Assembly (NCBI GenBank): GCA_976551045.1
Contig: CDPCPM010000153.1
Location: forward strand, 3,534,001 to 3,598,000
Direction: 5' to 3'
Length of the DNA stretch: 64,000 bases
Origin: Glaucostegus cemiculus
Taxonomy: Eukaryota
Under the pieces are notes generated by a model. It worked only from the letters and a program-made list of their open reading frames with translations. It was not told the DNA's origin and searched no databases. How positions within the stretch are numbered: position 1 is the first letter of the stretch; each line of letters starts with the position of its first letter. Below are positions 38,810-50,950 of this stretch, in pieces. The position numbers were made by a program, and so were the translations under genes.

Positions 38810-39685
38810 GAAACATAGCAGCCTACAGCACAGGAGCAGGCCCTACAACCTAACATATCTACACTGACCATGATTCCAATCTAAACTAATCTCATAAGCC
38901 TGCAAATGGTTCATATCCCTCCATTCCCTGACTGTTCACGTATCTGTATAATTGCCTCTTAAACATTGCTGTCAAATCTGCTTGTACCACCTCCACTGGT
39001 AGTGCATTCTAGGCACCTACCATTCTCTCGGTTTAAAAAAAACTTACCATGCAAATCTCTTTTAAACTTCCCCCTCTCACCTTAAACCTATGCCCTCTGG
39101 TGTTTAACATTTTCACCCTAGGAAAAAGACTGTGACTATCTACCCTGTCTATGTCTCTCATAACTTGATATACTTCTATCAGGTCACCCTTAAGCCTTCA
39201 ATGCTCCAGAGAAAACAAGTTTTTCCCAACCTTTCTTGGGTGGAGAAATGGCAGATGGAGTTTAATCCAGCAAGTGCGAGGTGGTGCAGTCTGGGAGGTT
39301 AGATGTAAAAGGAAAGTATACAGTAGACGTCAGGACCCTCAGGGGCACTGATGTACATGTGATCTTGGGATCCAAGTCTATAGCTCCCTGAAAGTGGCAC
39401 CACAAGTGGATAGGGTGGTAAAGAAGGCATGCTTGCCTTCGTCGGTCAGAGTGTTGAGTATAAAATTTGGGAAGTCCAGGCAGTATCCTGAAGTACTTCT
39501 GTATTCTTCCCAAAGCCTCCACATCCTTACAGTGTGGCAACCAGAACTGCACACACAATTCCAAATGTGGCCTAACCAAAGTTTTGCACAGCTACAACAT
39601 GACTTCCCAAATTCCCTGTGTACATCGGTGCCCCCAAGGGTCCTGACATTTACTGTAAACTTTCCTCTTACATTTGACCTCCTGG
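38810..39685. mobile_element. Rearranged CR1 copy with segments on both strands
   Basis: Minus-strand 3' end at 38810-39235, plus-strand EKWQMEFN...QVDRVVKKA at 39240-39477, minus-strand VRPHLELCVQFW.PH at 39478-39613, and an inverted duplicate at 39619-39682. Confidence 0.85.
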
Positions 39686-39764
39686 AATGAGAAGGTCCCC
39701 CCATGTAATGGCCGTTTGGGTAATAGAAACTTACCATTGGAGAAATCTCAAATCACTACCAAAA

Positions 39765-40262
39765 AATTGGTTTATTATTGTCACATATATCAAGGTACAG
39801 TGGAAAAACTTTGATTTGCATGCCATCCATACAGATCATTTCATTACATGGTGCATTGAGCTAGTACAAGGGAAAAGCAATAACAGAATGCAGAATAAAG
39901 TGTTACAGTTACAAAGAAAGTGCAGTGCAGGCAAACATGCAGTGCAGGCAAACAATAAGGTACAAGGGCCACAGCGTGGTAGACTGAGAAGTCAAGAGTA
40001 CATCTTTATCATATAAGGGGACTGTTCAATAGTCTGATAACAGAGGGATAGAAGCTGTCCTTGAGGCTGGTGGTACGTGCTCGCAAGCTTTTGCATCTTC
40101 TGCCTGATGGGAGGGGGAGAAGAGAGAATGTCTGGGGTGGGTGGGGTCTTTGATTATGTTGGCTGCTTTCCCGAGGCAGCGGAAAGTGTAGACAGAGTCG
40201 AACAGCATCCATGGAGGGGAGGCTGGTTTCTGTGATGTACTGGGCTGTGTCCACAACTCTCG
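39765..40262 (-). mobile_element. Rex1/Babar LINE 3' fragment
   Basis: RVVDTAQYIT...SVYTFRCLGKAANIIKDPTHP.HSLF, LPSGRR..SLRARTT.LKDSFYPSVIRLLN, and the aataataaacc tail. Confidence 0.9.
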
Positions 40263-42069
40263 TATCCAAAATTTGAGATATGGAATAATATTCACTCTTA
40301 CCAAATTTATGTGGGGGGGGAAAAGTAAACATATTATTTTAGCACTAATTTCTTGACGCATGTGCAGATGACATGACTTTGCATTATGGAAAGTCACGAT
40401 ACAGGCTGTTTTCTCGGAACCCATGGGTCGCCTGTGCTCCAGTTATGGCCATAATTTGCAGGCATTCAACCTTGCACATTCTGACACTGTTCATGAAGCT
40501 CTGGATCCCACGTGTGTTTGTAAAGCACTCAAATCTGTTTTGCCACCTTCAAGATTTTTGCACCTGTGCCCCCAGGACTTCCTGTTAATGTTATCACTTT
40601 AGAATTGTACCCTTTAGATTATATTGTCTCTCTATCAAAATGTTACACTTCACACTTCTCTGCATTAAGTTTCACCTGCAATATACACCCTCCCCCCCTC
40701 ATTCCATCAACCCATCTACACTCTCTTTAAGCTAATCAGTATCCTCTACATTGTTATGCTTCCAAGTTCAGTGTCATCTGCAGACTCTGAAGTGGTACAT
40801 TGTACACTGAATTTAACTGAATATGAGGATTGGGTTGAACCCAATAATAAAACAAGAAACCTCAGCACATCCGTGAGAACAAAGTGAGAAGACTGAGCAG
40901 ATTTTAATGTGTGTCATCTAATCTTGCAGACCTTGGAAGGACCCTGTCAGAAATTTTGAGGCTGACCAAGGAACTGGAATGCTTATCACTGGTCTATCCT
41001 TTGTAAATTTTTCTGAGTTTGGTTGCTGCATTCTATTTACTTGGAGGCTTTACGCATACACTTGAACAACAAACAAAGCATCAACAAATATTAAATAAAA
41101 TTGCATTCGCAAGGCTCCTGGGGATAGAGTTCAAGTAAATCGCACGCTATTGTAGTTTTATGTAGTGTGTGTTACAGGAAGGAAAAGATCCATACTCAGC
41201 AATTGTTCCTTCAATTACTTTAACATCAGCTGAGACAGGAATTTGAGAGGAAAGGCAAGGAACAAGGATTTCCATGTCATGGTACTTAAAAAAAAAGTTT
41301 GTGGGAAACGAACATCCATAAAAATAAACTGATGTTATTTATCTCAGTTTATTACAGGCTAATATAGTCACCTTTTCTCCTTTTTAAAAAAAAATGGTAT
41401 TCACTTTGATACTTGATTCTGAAGTCAATGCCAGTGAATTGCAAGCCAAGGATGAAATATGTTTGTGTTCTGTGCCCCCTGATTTAATGGTAGCATCAGA
41501 GTAGGGATTTTTTTTTCTACGTTGCTTCTCTATTAATTCCTTTGTCCCAATGTCTCGGCACCAGCCTCCAGGAGTATTCATCCTGCCCACTAAAAGAACA
41601 GATGACCATTGTCACAGAACATATGTGAACCTTTTCCCTCTCCATTTTGTGTACCGATTCCATGAAGTACAATGGAACTGGAAATCCCAGAAAGAGGAAA
41701 TTGCTCTTTAGAAATGAGCTGACTGGGATTAGTGTCAAGGAGAAATTTCCGAGGCCTCTTTTAAGATTTAGTTGCCAAACCGAGTTTTTCTGCTGTATAA
41801 AATGAGTTTGTTTCACTGGTAAAAGTTCTTTTCTCTTTTCACAGGTAGAAAGATCATTTGACTATTCACCTATGGTTTGTAAAGGAAGCATTTGTTTTTT
41901 GGAAAAGTTGTTTTGCATTTGAAATTTGCAGTCTCAGACACATGTTCCAGCTCCCCCTATATATGCTATTTATGCTATAAATGGAAATGGTCTATTCAGC
42001 CTCAACAGTGAGTGCTAAATCAGAAGGCTGGGCTTCGAGGGATTAGAAAAGAACAGTCCTGACCCCACC

Positions 42070-42105
42070 TCACCTCCCCCTCCCTCCCTCCCTCCCTCCC
42101 ACCCA
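42070..42105 (+). repeat. (CCCT)n microsatellite
   Basis: cctccccctccctccctccctccctcccaccc. Confidence 0.8.
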
Positions 42106-42419
42106 CATTGAATAGAGCAACAGGCTGCTAACAAAAGTATCGAGTGCTATGTTAGTCATTCAACATTTTTGTGGTAATCCTTGCTAAATTTATTCACCTT
42201 TTGCCTTTCCTGTTAATTATTCTTTCAGAGAAAATCCTGGGATTTTGAGTCTGTGCACCTCTTAAGTAGTCTGTAAAGTATCATGGATTAAAATCTTGTA
42301 GCTTCTTACTGATCTAAATCACACCGTTATGTATAAATTCTTAATTAGTATTGATGTTTGCATTGGAATCCATCTCGTATTTACGGTTCGAGAGCAAGTT
42401 AGGCCATTTAAATATTCAG

Positions 42420-42930
42420 AGCATCACAGACGCATACTACACAGGGAGAGGACATTCAGCCTATCAGATTTTATTCAAGAGCAATTCTGTTTCTCCCCCT
42501 CCCTGCTCCTGCCTTGTATCCCACTTTTTTTTTCCCTTTGAGTAATTATTAATTCTTTTTGAGGCTACTATTGAATCCCAAGCAAGTAATACATTCCAAA
42601 TCTTAACCACTCTGTTAAAAAATGTTTTTCATCATGTCCCCTCCTGCTCTTTGTCGATCACCATAAATCTGTGCCCTCTTATTATTAACCCTACTTTTAC
42701 TGGAAACAGTTCCTGTCTGCTTGCTTGATCTAAACCCTTCATGTATGTGGGCACCTGTATCAAACCTCCTTTTGCCTTCTCTGATTTAAGACTTGTACCA
42801 GCTTCTCCGGTCTTTCCACGTGATTGTGTCCTCTTGCTTTTGGAAGTGAAATAAACCTTTTCTGTCCCTCTTCGAGTCCTTCCTATAATGTGATGGCCTG
42901 AACTAGACAAACCAATCCAGTTGGGGTGGA
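42420..42930 (-). mobile_element. Old CR1 3' fragment
   Basis: Minus-strand ELFPV..GLI.RGHRFMVI and gtctagttcaggccatcacattataggaagg (VQFW.PHYRK-like). Confidence 0.65.
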
Positions 42931-45924
42931 ATTACTGTTAGTTAACGGCATCACGTGAACCCCACCACTCTTTACTGTTGGATATTTTTTCTGTGATCTG
43001 GTTGTGTTAACATGTACTTTTCTATGTCTAAATTCTCATTTGATTGGTGCAGCTCTATGTACTGCCTCTAATATCAATTGCTGCTCAGAACCTAGAAGAG
43101 TGAGAGTGTAGTATCTGTTCTTGTATTGATAAGGCTGCAGAACATTTCCAGTTTGCTTTTACTTGGGTGGTTGTATTTAAGTTTAAATCTGCAACTTCAG
43201 ACAATTGTCCAAAAAAAAAGCATTTGCTGAGTCGCCGTGTTTCATTCGCCCTTAAAGTCTGGTGAATAAAGTTTGGGTTACTTGCTGCTTATTGAGTCTC
43301 TCATTTCCCAGGGCTTAGTGTGTCTAGTTTCCTGGCCTTGTGAGAGAACGCAACCTCTGCTTTATCAGCTCTTTAAAAGCCAAACAGTTCTTTCCTGACC
43401 TTTGAACCGCAAGTGGGCCTCAACGAACTGGCCAACCCTTGTGCCTGTTTGTCAATATAGATGAGTAACTCATTTAGATTCTAGTCACAAAAATGTAAAC
43501 TTCCATTGCAATATGGTGTTCTTCTGTGGAAAATCTTCAACTGGTGCACATCAGAGGCATCAGTAACTGAGGGGGCATAGAGTTATGATCGTAAATGGAA
43601 AGATTAGAGGGGACGAGGAAGAATATTTATACCCAGAGAGTGGTGGGGTTCTAGAACTTGCTGCCTCAGAGTGGTGGGGGTGGAAACCCTCATCACGTTT
43701 AAAGAGTATCTTGATGAGTATGGCGGGGTTGTACCCTGCAAAGTCACAGACTGAGTACTGGAGACACAGGATTAATCTGGCTTTTTGTTTTGCAAGTGCG
43801 GATACTGAGCTGAATGACCTGGACTGAATGTTTCTTATTAAAAAGTCTCTTAAGTTTTAAATCTTTCTTAAAATTTTTGCTTCTCGGTATGCTGTCTGAG
43901 AATTCTTCAGTGTGATTGGCTGTTCAGCCTACTCAATGACATCGCAGCTGCTAGACGTCAGGGAACTAGCACCTGACAGCAGCCTGGGGAAGTATATACC
44001 ACAACAGTTGTCAAATCTTCAGGGGTAGCTTTCTTTTGAGGTCAGTAGCAAGCTCTCACTTTACCGCTGACTGCAAAATCCAGGCCAAGGAGTGCTTTAA
44101 AAAAAACCTAAATGTCTTTAATCCATTTATAAGAAACATTGTTGAGTAAGAAACTGTGTGGTAGTCAGAATGAGTTTACCAGAGTTATGGTCTGTAAGGT
44201 CATGAAATTGCCACATATATTCTATTCCCCTAAGAGTGTTTGCAGCCAAAATAAGGATGCCCTAGAAGCTAGCATAGATCATTTGTGGATTTGAACTCTT
44301 ACCCAAGAAACGTGTGGTCAGCCTCACTTGTGATAGAAAATCCCATGATTGCTTGCAGGCATGTATCTTTTAATTTGCTCTTCTGTGCAGTCTAATTGGC
44401 GCTCTTTATTAGAGGATTATGCTTTAACTGCAGGGTACTGTTGAAATCTAGATCTCTGTAACCACATTAACTAGGGTCTATAATTTAGCACCTGAATATT
44501 TGCTTGAAGAAGGTAATTACTTGAGCCAAAACTTTCTGGTAAGTGCCAGCCAGCAGTTCTGCAGTGAACTTTTGACATTCATGCACGTAAATGCAAGCAA
44601 ATTCAGGACGTGATATGCAGATCCAAATGTGGAAGTCCCAGATTTGCTGACGGATCTTTCACAGTGAATCTGACAGAATGCTTCCTTTTGGATTCCACAT
44701 GATTCAGAATCTACAATTCTATTCATTCCAATGGAATTTTATATCTGTGAGGAAGGAAGAAAAAGGTGTTACATTTTTTAATGCTTTGCATAAATCTGCA
44801 GTGATTTTGTTTTGCTTCTAATCTTCAATTTAGTAGGGTTTTTTTTGTTTATGTTAGTTACTTCTGAATGTAAGGGACGTTGGGAAACATTCCAAAAGGT
44901 TGAATGGCTGACTGCTGGGGAATGTGGAAGCATAGCTTTGCTGGCTGTCTAAGTCTTTCTGAGCAGTTTTGAGGACATAGCTTATTGGTTTGGTCACATG
45001 ACCTAACGAGTCAGTCAGGCCCCAGGTGCGCTCGGCTAGTGTGTTCAAAGTTGTGGACCTGAACTAGGAAAGTGCAGGGGAGAAGGGGTATCCATGCAAT
45101 GAGTAGAAGAGGGAGGCCCCATCTGGCAAAATTCAGGCCCTCGTTCCTCAAATGCTTTCGTGATTTGGCGCTAGCCAGACAGACTAAAAAAAATTGCCAT
45201 TCAAGGTTGGCATCAGTGATGGGAAAACTCGACTATAATTTCTGCTGCTGATGACTGATGGCTACTCATAACTAACATATAGGTTTTATGTCATCATGTG
45301 ACATCAAATGATAATGAAGAACTTGCCTCAAAATGTGATCTTCTCAGAAAAGCAGTGCAAAGTAAAATGAGGAATGAGGAGACATTTGTCTTTGGTTGGT
45401 AGCACTAAATCTGTGCAAATATCGGCCAATAGCTATTCCTAGTTCTGCACATTTCATCCATTGACTATAATGGAGCCAAATGCAAATGTACATATAACTA
45501 CTGACCAACACACAAACATTCTTAGCATTGCTAGGCAAAAATGAATTCCTCACCTGCAGCCTTTGTCTACTTAAAATACACTCAGACATTTGTAGAAAAC
45601 AAGCTGCAACAACTGTTTCAATTATTCCTCTCTGGCTTCCCCCAACTCTGTGGCTCCTATCCTTTCTCTACTGGACAAATGGAAAATAGTTTGAGGTTAT
45701 CCTGTCCACAAAAAAAAAGCTGCACCAATCCAGTCTGGCTATTGGCCAGCTGGCAAAGTGATGGTAATTATCGAAGTGTCATTGAGAGTGCTGGAGTTAC
45801 TCAACAATATGTCCTGATGTCCATCTTGGTTTCTACCAGATCTCATAACTACCTTGCTCCAAACATAGACATCTGGAGATGAGGTAAAAAATGTCATGGC
45901 GGCATTTGTCCAAGTGCAGCATCA

Positions 45925-46620
45925 AGGACCCCTGTAAACTGAAGTCAATGAAAATTAAGGGGAACATTCTCTGCTCTTTGAAGTCACGTATGACATAAAG
46001 GAAAATGGCTCGGCTTGTTGGAGACCAATTATCTTACCCCCAGGATGTAATTGCAGAAGTTCCTTTGAGCAGTGACCTAGCCCCAGCCCACCTTCAGTTA
46101 CTTTATCTGTAATCTTTTCTCCATCATTTGTTCAGAAGTGGGGATGCTTGCTCTTGAATGCATAATGTTGAATTCCATTAGCAGCTCCTCAGTTAACAAG
46201 TAGTCCGTGCCTGAGAGTAGCAAGACCTGGACAACATTCAATAAGTGGCAAGTAACATTGTCATGTAAATGCCAGGTAGTGACCATCTCCAGCATGAAAG
46301 TTGAGCTATCTCCATGTGCCATTTACCATTGCTGAATCCCCTACTAATAACATTCTGGTGGTCACCAACTAGGAGCTTAAATAGGCTGATCACAAGAGTA
46401 CATTGGTTACTAGAACAGGTCAGAGAATGTTTGGTGGGTGACGCACCTAGTTCCCCAAAGTTTTTTTCCAGCATCTACAAAGTACAAGGCAGGAGTGTAG
46501 TGTGAGGGAATACTTTCTTCTTGCCTGGATGAGTCTCAGGAAGCTCAATGTCCAGGGCAAAGCAGCTAACGATTGGTGTCCCATAAATTGCCTTAAATAT
46601 TCACCTTCACCATATTCACC
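45925..46620 (+). mobile_element. CR1/L2-group RT fragment
   Basis: KLKSMKIKG...RKM..LVGDQ...QDVIAEVP.SS.L.P..FS.FI.NL.SII.SEVGMLA, a decayed GVPQGSVLGP...MFADD stretch. Confidence 0.7.
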
Positions 46621-47064
46621 ATTAGGAATTGCATTAAATATTGTCTTACTAGCAATACTGCATTCATGATTGTAGGAAGATGTGCATTATCCTTCTACCT
46701 AACCCCAGAAAAAGACGTACAGGTAGGTTAATTTGAAGGTTTAAAGTGGGTGGCGCAGACTCATTAGGCCAAAAGGGCCTGTTACCACTCTGTAAATAAA
46801 ATTTAAAAATTAAAAAAAACTAGCAACAGCACTGTGAACCAGAGCACAGAGAAGAATGAGAGGGAACAGTACAAACTCCTGCTACGAATGGTAGCTGCAG
46901 GATTAGAGAAAAAATCTGAGCAGCAACCCTCAGTTTCTACCTCCAAAGCAATACATGTGTTTGTACCGGTGATTAGTATGTCAGTCTGTCCGAGTAACAA
47001 TGTGTTTTCTATGCCTGTAATCAAAGCAAGACTGATTTTTCTCAAAGTTTGGCACCAAGGCTCA

Positions 47065-47515
47065 CCAGGATGTTGCCTGAATTAGAGAGCATTAACTATA
47101 AGATGAGGTAGGCAAACTTGGATTGTTCTTTCTGGAGCATTGGGGGCTTAGGGGTGGTGACCTGATAGAAGAATATAAAATTATGAGAGGCATAGATCGG
47201 GTAGATGGTCTTTTTCCCAGGGTGGAAATGTCAAATGTTAGAGGACATGGCTTTAAAGTGAGAGGAGGGGAAATTTAAAAGAGATTTGCAAGGTAGGTAC
47301 TTTACACAGTGGTAGGTGCTTGGAATGTGCTGCGAAGTGAGGTGATGGAAGCAGATGCAACAGTAACATTTAAGAGGCATTTAGACAGACACGTGAACAG
47401 GCAGAGAATGGAGGGATATGGACTGTGTCCAGGCAGATGGGATTGGTTTGGATTGGCATCTTGGTCGGCACAGACTTTGTGGGCTGAAAGGCCTGTTCTT
47501 GTGCTGTACTATATT
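47065..47515 (+). mobile_element. CR1 3' end
   Basis: ORF 47309-47578 (VGAWNVL..EVMEADA..TFKRHLDRH.NR) and the tail gggctgaaaggcctgttcttgtgctgtact. Confidence 0.9.
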
Positions 47516-48879
47516 TCAAGACAAAGTAATGGAGTAACAGACCTCAATTCAAAGTGCTGCATGCTGATGGAGCTTTGAGGTGTCCCAGACTGACTTATAG
47601 TTCTTCATTATGATGCTATTTGCATTTTTTTTAAATTTCAAAACCTGGATGAACAGCAAGATTATTAATGCAGGCTGTGAGCGAAATTGCCCAGGACAAG
47701 GTGCCAGTAAGTAGGGAAGTAGTATTTAAGCCTGAGCTGAAGATGTCTTTATTTAAAAAAAACTTACAGATTGTAGAAGACTGAGGGACAGGCAGACTTC
47801 CTTCCTTGAAGCTTTCAGAAGGAATGTGTTCAGAAAGAAAATTGAATCAGAGCAATGTATTTGTATAGTTTTGGGAAAGGTAGGAAGGGAAGTTCACAGA
47901 AATATTGATCATGATCATGTTGAGAACACAGAGACACAAGGAAGATTATAATGGAAGGAGAGAAGCTGCTCACATGAGGGAAGTGAGGGAGACTGTTGTC
48001 GGCTTGTTACTTCCATCAGCACCTAGGGTGAAGGAGAATTCATAGATGGGAGCAGTATTCAAACTTTGGGAAGTGGTTGAGCTTTAGAGAATTAGGAGTT
48101 GTTTGGGGGAAAGCGAGAGCATTAGCTGAAAGAGAAGTTTAAACTCTGAGGCACTTTTGGTAATGAAAGATGTGGGAGTTCCATTTGAGATCATTGATGT
48201 TGATGAAGGAGGATGAAGGGTGGAGTTTCAAAGGTAAGAAGTGGGAGATCAGACTGAGGGACATGAAAAACATGCGTCTTTGAAGAATTGTTCTGTTGGA
48301 GGACCTGGAGGTCTTGGTGATAGAATTTGACTGTTGTGGATATTACTAAATGGCTGCTAGACCTTGGATAATGACTTTTTGATGTGTGCTTTACAGTGTG
48401 TTATAACATGCTGTTTGTGCTTTTAGATTATCTTGAAAGCTTATTTACAATAGCCTTGTGCCAAAGGGCATTTAACAGACACAACACAGTCCAGTACAGG
48501 AGACACTTTGGAACCAGCATGGTTCAACATAAGTGCTGCCTGGAATGTTCCAAATTTTTTCATAGTGATATGTTATTTTAGAATAATACTAAGCACCTCA
48601 CTAGAATGTGCAAAGTGTTCACTTCCCATTGGCCTCGATATAATATATGGGTGAAGTCTGAATCAGATGAATGACTCCTGCAGGGGTTTAGTGCTATGGG
48701 GCTGCACCTCACCAGTTCACCACCTGCCATTCACCAACAGAGTTTTAAACATTTTAGGTGGCACCTGTGGGCTCAGTTGGTAGCACTCTTGCCCTCAAGT
48801 TGGAAGGTTATATGGGCTCAAGACCCACTGCAGAGACTTGAGCAGAAGAGGCATTATAGGTTGGGGTGGAGGTGGGGGG

Positions 48880-50950
48880 CGCAGAATAGATGCTGTTCCC
48901 CGCAACTGTGAGCAAGAGACTTGGATTTTCCTGCCCAGTGCCAGGGTTAAGGACATCTCTTTGGGCCTGGTGAGGAACTTGAAGTGGAAGGGGGAAAGAA
49001 TCCAGTTGTCATGGTTAGTATGAGAGCCAATGTCACAGGCAAGAGAAATGAGGAGGTGCTGCTGACAAAGTATGAGCAGTCAGGGTGCAAATTACAAAGC
49101 AAAACCACAAAGGTAGTAATCGTTTGATTGCATGGCTCAAAGATTGATGTGGGAGAAATGGGTGTCAAATTTGTGGAGCACCAGCACTGGGGAAAGTTGG
49201 TTCTTTGGTCTGGACTTCACTTGAATAGGGCCAGGATCAGTGTCTTAGCTATTTGAATAGCTAGTGGCGTCAATAAGGGATTAAGCTGAGTAGTGGGCTC
49301 ATGGTGGAGTGTGTGTGTTGGGGGGGGGAAGCGGGGTGCAGCTAGTGAAGGGAAATTTAGAAAGTTAAAGGGAAGGACAAACAGTGCAAGGTAGCAAGAT
49401 GGATAGTGATAACCAAAATGTGACAAGAAGCAGCAGTGCTTAGAAGTATGAGTATACCTCCAATTAAAATCAGAGCAGCAAAAACTGGTGAAAGACTAAA
49501 TCACAGATTCTTGATTGCATGTAGTATTCGTAACAAGGTAAGTTAGTTAATGGCACAAATAGTAATAAATGGGAACAATCTAATAGCCATTACAGAGACA
49601 TGGTTGGAAATTGACCAAAGATGGGATTTAAATATTCCACAATACTTTGGAACCGAGAAACAACAAGGGGCAAAAAACATTTGATGGGAGTTCTATATAA
49701 CCCCTCAAGTAGTTTTAGTAATGAAAAGCATAGTATAAACCTAGAAATTAGAGGTGCATGTAATAAGATTAATGTGGTAATAAATGATGTGAGGGGGGCA
49801 CAAATCTAGATAAAAATTGGACAAATCAAATAAGCAGGAATAGTGTGAAGCATGAACCTGGGGAGTCTGTCAGAGGTGGCTTTCTAGATATGTAGGTAAA
49901 GGAACTAATGAGGGAACAGCCAATTTTAGATCTAGTGCTGTGTAATAAGAAAGGGTTAAATGATGATCTGGTAGTTAAGGGGACTTTAGGGGACAATGAT
50001 CATAATTGAATTTTATATTTTTTAAAAATTGGAAGTGATTGAGTTCAATCTGAAATAAGATCCAGTCTCTGAATAAAGCAAACTGTAAAGGTGTGAGTTG
50101 GCTATGGTGGATTGGAAAGATAAAAGATATGATGACAGTAAAGAAGCAATGGCTTTAAGAAAACTGACAGGATAAGTGGTCCAATCATGGCAATCAGTTA
50201 GTTAATGATTATATTAGGCCAAAGGCCAAAAGGTTAGTCAGCCTGAGCATTGGGAAGAGTCCCATAATTCAGCAAATGAAGACCAAGAAAATGCTGGAAT
50301 GTATTATTGAGGATGTAGTAACAGGGCACGTAAGAAATAGTAATATGACTGGGCATGGATTTATGAAAGGAAAGAGATATGTTTGACAAATCTGTTGGAG
50401 ATTTTTGAGTTTGTAACTAGCAAAATACACCAGGGAGAATCATTTGATTTGGTGCATTTCAACTTTTAGAGGACCTTTGACAAGGTGCCACACAAGGTTA
50501 GTAAACAAAATTAAATTGCAAACTATTGGGTGTAATATATTGGTGTGGACTGAGGATTGGTTAACAGACAGTAAACAGTAGTACTAAATAGTTCATTGTC
50601 AGATTGGGAGGGTGTGATGTGGGATGCCACAGGCACTTGTGCTATGGCTCCAGCTATTTACATTCAGTATGAGTTACTTAGATGAGGGAATATATCCAAA
50701 TTTGCTGATACAAAGGTGGGTGGCAGTGTAGAATCTGAGAAAATTGCAAATAAAAAGAAAATGCAGGAGATTGTAGATTTGCTAAGACATGTTGTAGGCA
50801 AGGACATGGCAGATGGGAAATAATGTGGAAAAAGTAGTCTTTTACAAAAGGTAATGGATTTTCAGCTGTTGACTTTCAGAGGGATGTAGGTGCCGTTGCA
50901 CTGACAGTTAACACGCAGTTAGAAGGCTAATGGTGAGTTGGCCTTTATGA
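48880..50950 (+). mobile_element. Old, internally deleted CR1 retaining ORF1 esterase (SGNH-like), APE and RT remnants
   Basis: LPSARVKDIS...LKW.GE.PVV.V...AN (ORF1), then AITETWLE (APE), HGFMKG..CLTNLLE, FDKVPH and SKFAD. Confidence 0.75.

Noticed and set aside
43870-44090. MITE-like element ending gcaaaatccaggcc (similar end near 45126-45140)
   Set aside because: Only one terminus is recognisable. No matching inverted end or TSD was found.
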